A stretch of 64,000 nucleotides of DNA from Amphiscolops sp. MND2022. Lineage: Eukaryota. Where the stretch lies: positions 52,888,001 to 52,952,000 of the forward strand of contig OZ076409.1 in the NCBI GenBank assembly GCA_964187785.1, read 5' to 3'. The notes under the pieces were generated by a model. It made no database searches and was not told the origin of the DNA. It saw only the letters and a program-made list of their open reading frames with translations. Position 1 is the stretch's first letter; each line of letters begins with the position of its first letter. Both the position numbers and the translations under genes were made by a program. This document shows, piece after piece, positions 38,601-50,600 of this stretch.

Positions 38601-41600
38601 TCGTGTATACGGGACGGCTCCGTTGCATTCTGCAATCTTCGAGAGGTCCTGGGCGATTTAATCGAACTGTGGCCTTCCATACGTCCTTACATTCGCTACA
38701 CAGGACATCCTCATTTTAAGAGTGTTGCTGATAGGGTGAGTACCGTCGTATTATTTGTTTATTTCGGTCTTGTGTCATTCCTTTGTTCTCTCCTGTGCTC
38801 TGCTGTGGTATATATGATCTTGGAATGATGGTATAATTTATCCATTTTAGCTGCGCGGCACAGACTTCGAGTTAATCTCCGATAGTCTCATTGTCTATCG
38901 TTTCGGCTTCCTTCGACTGCTTTTAGACTCCTGTAAGTATGGTGATCTTTCGTTATAATTGTTCTCTTTCGACTGTTTCTGATTGTGGTAGTGTATTGGC
39001 TGATGTTTCTTGTCGTTGTGGATATGCTATTGTATCTGGTTTCTATTGGCTGTTTCGTTTTGATCAAGGATTCTGCTTCTTTTCATTAGTTCATGTGTTT
39101 AGATTACTTCAATTTTGAGAGATTGCGTCAGTGCCGGAGAGATTACGGGTTTCATGGTTACGGTGAGGTCTGCAACTTCGTTTACTGTCTGCTGATGCGA
39201 ACCCGTAAGCTGTCTGATTTGCCTGGTATCCATGAGTGGGAAAGTTATATGGATATTTCGAAACTTTCTTATTTCAACGCTATTTCCATGGAGGAATTCC
39301 TGATGGACAGTGATTTTGGTCGCGAGCTGGTCACTGTCAAGACGGGTGAGATGCGGGAATTCCGCGTTAAATGTCGTGAGTGTATTGATCGGCTCGTGTC
39401 TTTGATCCTGACTAGTACAGCTGTGACTTCTGGCGTTTCGCGAGGACTTTATGCTTTCTGTCCGGAGATTATGTTGGGCGGCGACGATCACCACATTTTC
39501 GAGTTGTTTGGCTCTCTTTGTGATTTGTTCAGATCCTGCCACGTGATGTCTTCGGACGGCTTGAATGCTGCTGTTGCTGAGTTCAAGAGCTATGTGATAG
39601 AGAAACGCAGGCATTACGAGGATGCGACATGTGCTGCGAGTGAGATTCCTGACGTGGTTCAGTTTCTGTTGCGGGATTTTGCCTTCCAGTCTCGGACTCA
39701 TGTATTTCGATTGTTAAAAATATGTTGTCTGGTGGTTGGAGTGCCAAAAAGTAACCTTCCTGCAGTTACTATTGATTTGGGTGGTAGCGCGCTGAGTCCG
39801 GCAGTGGTTCAGGATTGTGTATTGATAGTGCAGTCTCACATCGTCAGTCCGAGTTTCAATCCTCGATTGTTCTTTTCAGCTTCGTTGCTTGTTGCAGTCC
39901 GGGAAGCTATTGCAGAGTCAGGCATTTTCTTCAGAGTTGCCGATTTGATGTTTGGAAAGATTTTTGCTCTGGCGATATGGAGTCTTTTGTTGGGCGTTAT
40001 CGATCTTTGTATAAGAAGTATTTAATGGGGCGACAAAGGGAGTACGACACTTTCTATGTGGAAAGCAACAAGGCGAATCGGCGTTCTCGCGAGAGTCAGT
40101 GTTCAAGTTCAACCGAGGCCGGAAGTGCTACAAATTCTGTTGTCGGTTCCAAGAAGGCATCGTCAAAGTCTGGGAAAGTAAATGCGTCTACTACTCGTTC
40201 ATCAGCAAAAGTTGTGAGTAAGGAAGATAGAACTGTTGCGAAAAAGAGTGGTGGTGGCAGTGTGTCTAGAAGGTCAAAGAAAGATAAGGGCAGTGCTTCT
40301 GATGATTCCGATGCAGTCCACAAGTTGAAGAAGACATCTTCTAAGAATTAGTGGATAACTGATGCTGATTTGATTTCTTGATGAATTATATCTTTTGTTA
40401 TACTTGGTATTTGTATTCTTTGTTTTATGATTTGATTGATTTCTACAAGTCACATCAGTCATTCGTTATAGTTACGTAGTTTTAGTAGATTGCAAAAATT
40501 GACGTAGTCATTCCGGTTCGGTTTGATATGCTGATTTTTGTCTAGTCTTGAGCTGATCGTAGTTCTCCCGTAGTGACTGAGTCGAGGATTCTGAAGTCAG
40601 GATTTACGTTAGGTCGTGGATTAGGTCTCAAATTATATCGCCCTACTTTCCTAGGATTATATCCAATGACTATAGGCGGTAGTTCGGGTGTTTTGGGAGG
40701 GCTTTCTATAGGTGGCGGTGTAAAAATATAGGGGTTGTCGCTGACGTCCAAGTTAAATGACGTTATGTTGTCGGAGGGTGTTTTCCCTTCTGCAGAGTTT
40801 TCATTTGTGGCTGTTTGAGCCACGTCATTTTCCGTTATATCTTCGCTTGTGGTTGTTTTAACCACGTCATTTTCCGCTGTAATTTCATTTGTGATTGTTT
40901 TAACCACATCATTTTCCGCTGTAATTTCGTCGTTTTCTGTTGTGTCTGTGATTTCTGCAACTGTGGCTTCTTCGGTGGTGTTTTCCGTATTGTTTCCGAA
41001 CAGAACTCCTCCGAATTCGGTTTCCCAAGCTTGCGCGTACCAATCATTGTGGGTTGTTTTAACCTCTGGATCTGGAAGGTAATCTTCCCTTCTGACTGTT
41101 ACGTCAGGTACTCGCTGATTGGGAGCATATAGCCTTAGGCGAATTCTATGGAGGGTTTGAGTGTACCTAGTTCCTGTGCGACGTACGACGTAGTTATTGT
41201 TCGAAAGTACTTTGATTACTATGTAGGGTCCAGTCCAAATACAATCTTTAAAGGCAAATTTCATTGACTGGTTGTCTGCCTTTGGATTGAGGACGTAGCA
41301 GTAGTCGTTGACCTTGAGCGGTGTAGTTGTTGCTTTCTTGTCATAGTACTGTTTGTGTTTGAGGTAAGACTGCATTAGGTTCTCTTTGGCAGCTTGGTGT
41401 ATTTCGGCTATTTGTTTCTGTAATTGGTCCGTTAATTCTTCGTTGCTATCTTTTTCCCAGTTAGGTTTCAATCCAAGTTTTATGTCCAAAATGTTGTACG
41501 GGATGCGTCCGTGAAACACTGTTGTAGGTTCACAACCTAGGCTTTCATGGTAGCTTGTATTGTAATTCATGACTGCAATCTGGACGTATTTGTGCCACAT

Positions 41601-44600
41601 GGAACGTCGTTCTCCCGTTGATATCTTTAAAGAGGTTTCCAAAGAGGCATGGGTCCTTTCTAGGATGCCAATTGTTTGGGCGTGTTTCGTCGATGCGTGG
41701 TTTATCCGTATATCCAGTGTTTGTGCTATTTGGTTGACGACTTCTGACCTGAATTGTGATCCTTTGTCCGTTAGAATGACGGTCGGTAGGTAGCAGTGTC
41801 GTGTCATGACGTCTATTATGCATCGTGCGACTGTTTTTGCTGTCATATCCTGAGTCGGATAAGCGAAAAGGTAACGCGAAAAAACATCCATCATCGTTAT
41901 GATGTGTTGGTATCCATTTGAGGAAGGTAAGTTTGGTAGGATGTCCACTTCTAGGCAATCTTCTGGTCCCATTGTGAATTCAGTGTTGCTTAGCATTTTG
42001 GGACGTATCTGTCTCGTGTCTATTCTTTTATTGGCGATGCAATCCTGACAACTGGTTACCCAAGCTCTGATTTTTCGTGCAAGACCCGGGAAGTAGTATT
42101 TCGCTCTGCATTCTTGTATCATTTTGGTGATTCCTGGGTGTTTATTTGTTTTCCCATGTAGAGTGGACAGGAGTTCTGGGACTAGGTGTTTTGGAATTAT
42201 AATTTGGTTATGTGTGACTGTTCCGTCTTCTCCATAATACTTTCGCATCAGAACTCCATCTTTCATTATGATTCTTTCTTCGTGGCGTAGTAGGTTTCGT
42301 CCTCGTGGTTCAGTTTTGAGAAGGTGCTTGTCATATTCTTCGTGTGAGATCCGTTGTTTCAGTGCTTTGAGGAGGGGATCTGCATCTTGTTCGTTTCTGA
42401 TCCGTGCATTTTCCTTAATTGCACAAAAAGAGTAGACTGCGGAGTTGAGTGGTATCTTGATGACTTCGGTTACCTTTGTTGATAGTTCTCTTTCATGTTC
42501 ATCTAGGGCACGTCGTTTGCTGAATGCCTTTCGGGCAAAAATTTCTTGTTCAGATTCATCTTCTTCATCTGGTAGGAAGAAAAGTTGTTCCTCGTCAGCT
42601 ACATCTGATGATTGTAGGTTAACTTCAATTGGGGACGTTAGGATGTCGTTCCGTAGTTTAAGTTGTACCTTTTCTTTCGGTGTAAGTTCAAGTCTTGAGA
42701 GAAAATCTGCTGCTGTGTTTTGGGAGCCTGCTACGTGCATGATCCGGAATTTGAACTGAAGTACGTAGTCGCAAGCATTCCACAGTGCAGGTGGTGTTGT
42801 TTTCGTCTGAAAGAATCTGGTTACTGAGCGGTTGTCCGTTAAGACCAGAGTCGGAATTGTTGTTTCCCATAGTATATGGCTGTATTCAAGGAAGGCGTGG
42901 TAGATTGCTAAGAATTCCTTGCAGTAAATGGACATTTTCAGTTGTGCAGGTGAAAAAACTCGTGATCCGAACGCTACTGGGGCGAAGGTTTTCCGTTTGG
43001 AGAGTATTTTGCGTTCGTCGTTCTCCTCGATCATGAGGGCGTAGCCTGATGCACGAAAGCTTGCATCCGTCATTAGAACGTACTGTTTTCCTGCTATGGG
43101 CTGTCTGAGTGCAAGTCCACAAGCTTCCGCTAAACTGACGTTAATTTCCTTAAAGTTATCGACAAGTTCTTCTGAAATTCTGATTTTGGTTTCTGCTTTG
43201 AGAAGTTCGTACATGCCGATGAGTTTTTCTGACAAGCGCGGTATGTAGTTGCGGTAGTAGTTAACAAAGCCAATGTATTTTTGAACTTGTTTTTTGGATT
43301 TGGGGAAACGGACTTTGGTGAAGAAATTTTTGACTTTTTGATCTTGCGGGGCTACGCCGTCGGGGGTGATGGTTCGGCCAAGGAATTCGATTTGGGTTAC
43401 TCCAAAATGGCATTTTTCGATGGTTAGTTTTAATCCTGCTTTTCTAATGCATTTGAAGACTGCTCTGATGTTCTGTATGAGCTGTTCCGTTGTGTTTGCG
43501 GCAATGCCAATGTCATCTACGTTATGTGCACATTGGTCGGCTTTGATACCTGAGTCCAGATACTCTCGCATGAAGCTCGAAAAAGCTGATAGGGCTCTGC
43601 TTAGTCCTTGTGCCAGGCGACGGTAGGCGAACGTCCTACTAGCAAAATTAAAAGCAAGTAACTCTACTGACCTTTGATCTGCCATTTGAAGGCAGTGATA
43701 CGCCTGGGAGCCGTCAAGCTTGCAGAACAGTTTTTTCCCTGCTAGGTGTTGTGCCGCATCTGAGAGGGTGCTGACAGGGTGGTTGTTGTTGAAGTAGTCA
43801 TCTGCTATAAGTGCGTTGATTTTGCGCAGATCCACCAGTAGTCTCAGTTTGCCGTTGGGTTTCCGTTGTGCAAATATGGGACTGGCATACTTGGAGAAGG
43901 GGAGTGTCGTGATGATTCCGTATCGATGCATGAGGGCCAGTTCCACAGTCAGGTCTTCTTTGAGGTTGATTGGGACGGGTAGGCTCTGTGTGTAGACTGG
44001 TTTGTCATCTTGTGGTGTCAGGCTGACTTTGAATTGTGTGTTCATCCCTATGTCTAGCCGGTATCGAGCGAAGATGTCGTTGAATTCGACAATGGTGTCC
44101 TCGAGGTTTTCACGGTCTTTGTTCGCAATCTGTGAATCTGTCCATTTCAACATGGAAAGAAATTTGTTTCGAGACTCTTCGTTTTCGGTTGGGTCAAGTT
44201 TTTCTAGCTCGGCAAGGTCTCGCAATTCTTTCAAGATTCGCATTTGTATGGGCGAATGTTCCTGTTCGTTGCCGGGGTGTTCTGGGGTCGGAAACCAGAA
44301 TTTCTCTTCATTGTCGTCGGGCCGCTCTACTTGCATTAGTGCATTGATGTACGTGACCGCATCGACATGGTCAGTGAGGAGGTTTAGGGCGGCTATGTCA
44401 ACTGGGCGGCTCATCTTCGTTTCTTCGGGTTTCAGGATTTGCAGTTCTGCCATTTTGTTATTGGTGGCTATTGTGTATGGGAAATCCGTAGTGTTGGCGA
44501 TTTTTATTGGTATCTTTTTGTCTCTGGCTGTTGTAATTGCTGGAGCTACTATTACCTTCGCGCATTCGTCGAATTGTGGTAGGGGTTGTATAGTGCCCGT

Positions 44601-47600
44601 TATTGAGTGTTCGATACTCACAGGGATTGTTGCGTAGATGATTCGGGTAGAGTGCGCTGGGATTGTATGCTTGGCTTCGGTCTTTATCGTGATGGGTTTG
44701 GGATTGCACTTTTGTCTTTCGTCTGTGAGCGCCATCGTTATTTGGATCTTAGGAAAGTCAATGGTTCCCTGTGCCGTGTCAAGGATTGCGGCATGCTTAC
44801 GTAAGAACGCTAATCCAATTATAGGGAATGACGTTTGATTCATGATGATGAATGTTTCTTCAAAAGTGTAATCCCCTATTTTGAAACGTAGGGTGTACGT
44901 GGCAAGTGGTTGTTCTAATTCGGCGTTGGCATACTGCACTTTGAAAGGGGGTGGGGGTGCCTTATTGACGATGCACTGACTGGCATGCTGTCGGAGTTTT
45001 TCAGCGTCCCTTTCGCTAATAGCGTTAATGTACGCACCTGAGTCGACTAAAGCGTCGATTTTGACCGTGTTGAATTCGACTGGTAGGAAAAGCATTCGTT
45101 TTTTCTTCTTGAGCGCGATGGAAGACATTAACGGGAAGTAGTCGTCGTCTTTGTCATGTTGGATGAATTCCTTGATGGTGTCTAGATCTTCAGGCAATTT
45201 TGAGGGACATTCCGTGATTTCTACGTCGTCATTCATTAGTGTTGTGACGGGCGCGGTTTTTGGAGGGGTCACTGAAGGATCAGCATTTTCTCGTTTTCGT
45301 TTTTCTTGATGCGCCCATATGGTTTTGTCCTCGACGCAGATGATGTTCTCAGCGTCTATTGGTGTGGACGTGATGGTGACGGGTACTGTTGGGGATGGTG
45401 TTGTTCTCTTGAGAATTGGCGATGGTGGTGATGGTAGGTCCATGATTTCTGTGGATTGAGCCTGGGAGTTTGAGACTTGTATTTTGAAGGAGAGTTTGTT
45501 AGTATCATAAATGGTTGGTTCATCCCAGGGATCGCATCTGTAGTCTCTATCATAGATGTAGATACGTTCAGTTTTTGATTCTGGTAAGGGTCGCTTGAGT
45601 GTTGCGTAGTTATCTGGTGACTCTGTTATCCATTGAGGTAGCGGTGTTGGGTCGTCTGGATGTCTGGCATTGTGTCGGAGTATCATGCCTACGTTCCATC
45701 GGCGTTGCCAGTCCTGACTTGGTTCTTCGTTACACTCTGTGAAAAAATTTTCTTCGTACCTATTTGGGGGGTCTTCGATGGTGTACGCCCTCGCGTCTAC
45801 TTTGTCCCCGAAGCGTAGGCGCGGCGACTTCAGTTTTTTGCTTGGTACGACGTCGTAGGTACGGGTTGTTCGTCAATCTTGTTTGTTGGGATAGTGAACT
45901 CACGTTTGCGTTTCCTGGGGTCATTTGCCGCATTGGCTCCGTCCCAGCAATTTTCGGTTTTGTGCATTTTTCCACAAGTAACGCATTTGGGTTTAGCTGT
46001 ATCTGTTGGTTTGGTGTCTGTGGTACTTGTTTTTGTGGCGTAGTACCTGTCTTTGCGGAGGCGACGGCATTGTGCCTTGTAATGTCCGTATTTCCCACAG
46101 TGGAAACAGTAACCTCTCTGCTGTTTGTCTTTCTTATCGTCCGCCACTGCTGCGTCCACGGTGTTGAGGGGGACTAGGGTGGTTTCATCAGGTGCTCCTA
46201 GCCCGTTGAGTCGCATTTCACGTTCAATGTGTAAAACAATGTCGTTATAGGGCTTATCTTCTAGGTAGGCTCTGTTAAGGATCTTTTTGACGTGATCCGG
46301 CATTTTAGCGTATATGGCTTTGTCGATGAACTTCTGGGCTTCTGAGCCAAACGCTTCTTTTGCGGTTTTTTGTAACGCGTCAAGAAATTCGTGGAGTTTT
46401 TGTTTGGTGGGGTCGAAATGTAGCGCATCCCACTCACATCTCGCTTTGGCGGATGATTGGAAATCACCAAAGCGACGTTTGAATGCCGTTATGACTTCTT
46501 CTAGGTTGTCTTTTTTAGTGTCATCTAGATTACAATACGCTTGTAGCGCGTTTCCTCGTAGGAGTGAATGGAAGTAGTTGATCTTTTGTATCTCGGTTAA
46601 GTGAGGGTACATTTTGATGTTATTTCGGAATAGGTCCTCAAAAAGTTCAAACTTTTCGAACTTACCATCGAAGACTGGAAGTGAAGCAGTGAGTGCTTTC
46701 GGCATCGGGAGTAGATTGGTAGATGGAAATGTTTGCGGTTGTGGCGCGAACAGTATTTTAGAAGTGGAAGGACGATCTTTTGTTTGTTCGTTGGATGCGC
46801 GTTGTTGTTTCGATCTTTTCGTGGGTTGGTTGGTAGAGTCATTGAGGACTCCTGTCACCATGTTACGACTATTTACCGGTGTTGTTTTAGAGTTAGTCGC
46901 AGTGTGAATTTTGACGGGGGTAGACGTTCTTGCTACGGAGACATTCTCTGGTTCAGAGTCCGAGTCTTGAGCATTCATGTAGACAGTCTGTTTTTTGTTT
47001 AAGGGCGCTATCAGTTTTAACATTTCCTTCTGGTTTTCCGCAAGTATTTTGGTGAGATCAGACATAATATCTTTTCTTAATGATGTTTTTATCTCAGCCA
47101 AGTTTTCTGGTTCTATCATAGGGATCTTGCTAGAACTAGCTGCAAGAGTTTCAGGCGGAAAGTTTTCGGTTATGGAGGTTTCAAAATCGCCAGAGACCAA
47201 TTCTGCTACAGCCTTCCTTTTCTGACTTCTAGTTGTCATTTTGACTCAGAGGGAGAGAGAGAGTATCTTTGGAAAGGTTAAATTCTTCAAAGATTCGTTT
47301 TCGTTATAATAACGGAACTGAACTGATTGTTATAAGTCAAGTTGGAAAACTAACTGATTCACATGTATGTATTACATATTTATACCTTCTCAACATCATT
47401 TGTTCCTCACCTAAAAATTCCTAGGTATCACAAAAATCGGGTTTATTCAACAAAAAGCGCTAATGATTCATATTATTTCAGTCCTGCGTCATAATATCAG
47501 GCATCAAAATTCCTAGTTACGTCAGCGTTCCGTAAAATTTGTTGAAGTCATTTTTGTTCAGGCGGTTCATTACCTGTTTGTGCTTCAAAATTGCGGTAAA

Positions 47601-50600
47601 ATAGAAGTCTAGTTTTCATTTTCATCGACGCAAGCACGCCGGCGTGATCAATTAGTCAGATTCCTAACTTGGAAATTGAAATTCGAAGTAAAAGAATGAC
47701 ACTCGAAAAAATAGCAACGGAACTGTGACGGAATGTGAATATTTTATGGCCAAAGATACTTGGAAAACCAAAATGAAGAACAAAGTGATGCTGAGAAGTC
47801 TTTAGGAAACGAATAGCTTGTGTAAACGCAAATTGTTACGAACTTTACATGTATTGGGAACTCAAAACAGAACATTTGATTTTAGCATCAAGTAAATGCC
47901 ACGGAAACAGTCCTTTTATCAAGACTTGTTTAGCAACTAACACACTGAGTATTCAGACTTACTGGTCTAAGAAGGCGTATAAAAATACATCATAGCACTC
48001 AGAAGCAGATTGAGCAAAGGTAGAAAAGGAATAGGAGAGGTTATTGGAATGATTATCACTGCATCATATCAAAATTGGTACAAATTTCAAAACAACACGA
48101 ACATTACGTTCATTTCATAATCCTATCTTACAGTACAACTATTCTTTACGTAAGCTTAATCTTAAGATTCCCTAAGGTGTATAAATTCAGAAAAGTTCTT
48201 CCAAAAGATTCATTCATTACGAAGTTTCCTAGTTGCAATTTCTTAAGTTGCTCCGTAAATGCTCCGTACGCGTTATGGTTACTTATGGTTGAGCGGTGGA
48301 ATACAATTTTACAATCCGCTCCGTAAGTGCTCCGTACGTATTAAGATTGCTTATAGCTGAGCAGCAGTAGCAAGCGGAGTGGAAACGGAGAGCGTAGGCG
48401 AATTCATTCTCTTCTCTTAGCTAGCAAGCGTTGCTAGGGACAACCAAGCTTAATTCTACTGGTACCGGCTCGGATAATTCTGCCAACAAGCGACGCTATT
48501 GGTCCGTAAAAATAGAAACGCCCGTCACCAGCTTAGTTGAGTGACGCTGTCATAACGTTGTAAACATTTACTTAAGATCACTTGACTGCGGTATTAAGTA
48601 GATATTTAACAACTACTTTAATATTGGAATACATTTCCACTCTATTTTTGTATGTTCTTCCATTTTAGATCTCATGGGCTCCGTTGGGATCTCGGAGTTA
48701 AATGTTGTTTCTGTGTTTTCATTTTAGTGTGGGGCGCCAAAATGATCCCGTTTGCAAAATTATTTAGTATTTAGATTGGAATGGAAAACTCAGAAGATAA
48801 AACCGGAAATAAAACGGCGTTGCGTGTGAAAACATTAGGCCGGAAGTTTTAGCTAGTTTAAAATCATTTCTGAAAATCTTCCGTAACGTTTACGTTGAAT
48901 TCCGTATTTGGAGAATTATTCGCGCTTATTTAATTGTACTGTAAGTAGGATTTTGATTTGATTAGTTTAATAAAGTTTAAAAGTATTTACTGTGCCCTTG
49001 TCCATGTCCTCTGCCGAATCCCGGTATTCCATAGCAGCAAGTAAAATTACGACCGGGAGCGGGTCGTGACACCGACCATGCAGATTCTGCAACGCACCGA
49101 ACTGGAGCCCAATACACAAATGCCCCGCACAAGACTCAAATTGTAACAACTGCGGAAAGAAAGGACACTACGCACGAGTATGTAAACAAAGAATGAAGAA
49201 CAACCGAACAGTGAAAAAACTTACCGAAGAAGAAGAAATAGAACCGAATGAATCAATCATTGAATCGGATGAGAGTATATATCACATAGAAGAAATAAAG
49301 AAGATCGTAGAACAACAGAAACACTACACAGCAAAAATGAAAATAAATGGAACACCAAAAGAATTTATAATTGACACCGGATCCCCAATAACAATAATGC
49401 CACTAGACGAACAAATAATGAAGAAGACCGAATCCAGAAAATAACAAACCGATATCAAGACGTGAACAAAAACGAAGTAAAACTCCGGGGGAAGATACCG
49501 GTAGACATGGAGTACGACAATAACAAACAAAAGATGGAAATACTAATTACCGAAAGAACGGATATAACACCATTCTTGGGTATGGACTGGATGAAAAATT
49601 TCAAATTGACAATCGGAAGAATACAATTAACCGAACCCAATCAGTCGGAAAAAGAAAAAGTAATCAAAAAGTTTCCGGACCTATTCGAAAACAACCGAAC
49701 AAAAAAGATACCGAAATAAATATACAATTGAAACCCGGACACTACCCGGTAAAACAAAAAGCGAGATTCCACTACACCTACAAGAAGATGTAGGACGAGA
49801 ACTTGAAAAACTAATAAAAGCCGGACATCTAGAAAAAATAAACAACGTGGATGAAGACTGTTTTGTATCACCGGTAGTAATAACAGTAAAGAACGATAAA
49901 TCGGTAAAAATAGCATTGGACTCCCGAAAACTAAATGACAGTTGCATTAAACGGAGACCACACAGGCCGAACATGGAAGAATTATTAAACCAAATTTCGA
50001 TGGAAATTTCACGGGACCGAACACTACAACTATTCATGTCAAAAATTGACTTAGACTACGCATACGGACAAATGAAACTTTCCGAAGAAACAAGCCGACA
50101 ATGTGTATTCGTAATTACCGGAGAAAAATTTAGCGGATAATACAGATTCAAAAAAGAGTTTTACGGACTTGCCGATCTCCCCACAATCTTTCAAGGAAAA
50201 ATTGACCGAACATTAGAATACAGCACACCGGCATGGCTAGATGACATCATAGTAGTAACACGCGGAAATAAACAGGAACACGAGAAGAAACTATTTGATG
50301 TACTATCCAAACTCGAAAAAGCCGGATATCGGGCAAGTAGAAGAAAATCGGAATTCTTCCTAAAGCAGACCAAATGGCTGGGACATGAAATCGACGAGAA
50401 CGGAATAAAACCGAATGAAGAAAAAGTCGAAGCCATACAAAAGCTGAAGTCACCGAACAATACAAAAGAACTGAAATCATTTCTCGGCGCAATACATTCT
50501 TTAGCAAAATTCCTACCGAAACTTTCGGAAAAAATAGACAGACTGAGAAAATTGCTGAAAAAGAATGAACCATGGATATGGGAAGAAGAACAAGAAAAAG

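Larger units (their letters stand above)
32777..49071 (-). mobile_element. Element B: full-length 16.3-kb Ty3/Gypsy LTR retrotransposon with accessory genes
   Basis: LTRs 46861-49071 and 32777-34986, termini TGTCACGAC...GTCGTAACA, 5-bp TSD CCGAC (32772-32776 / 49072-49076), PBS, PPT, open gag and pol. Confidence 0.98.

Noticed and set aside
36319..40351. env gene, or an independently inserted DNA transposon or host gene
   Set aside because: It is antisense with no signal peptide or TM pattern in the spliced product and no TIR or TSD seen. A homologue sits at the same position in element A.
40815..47225. Many short + strand ORFs opposite B gag-pol, and minus-strand ORFs opposite C/D pol
   Set aside because: Shadow frames of coding sequence with no motifs.
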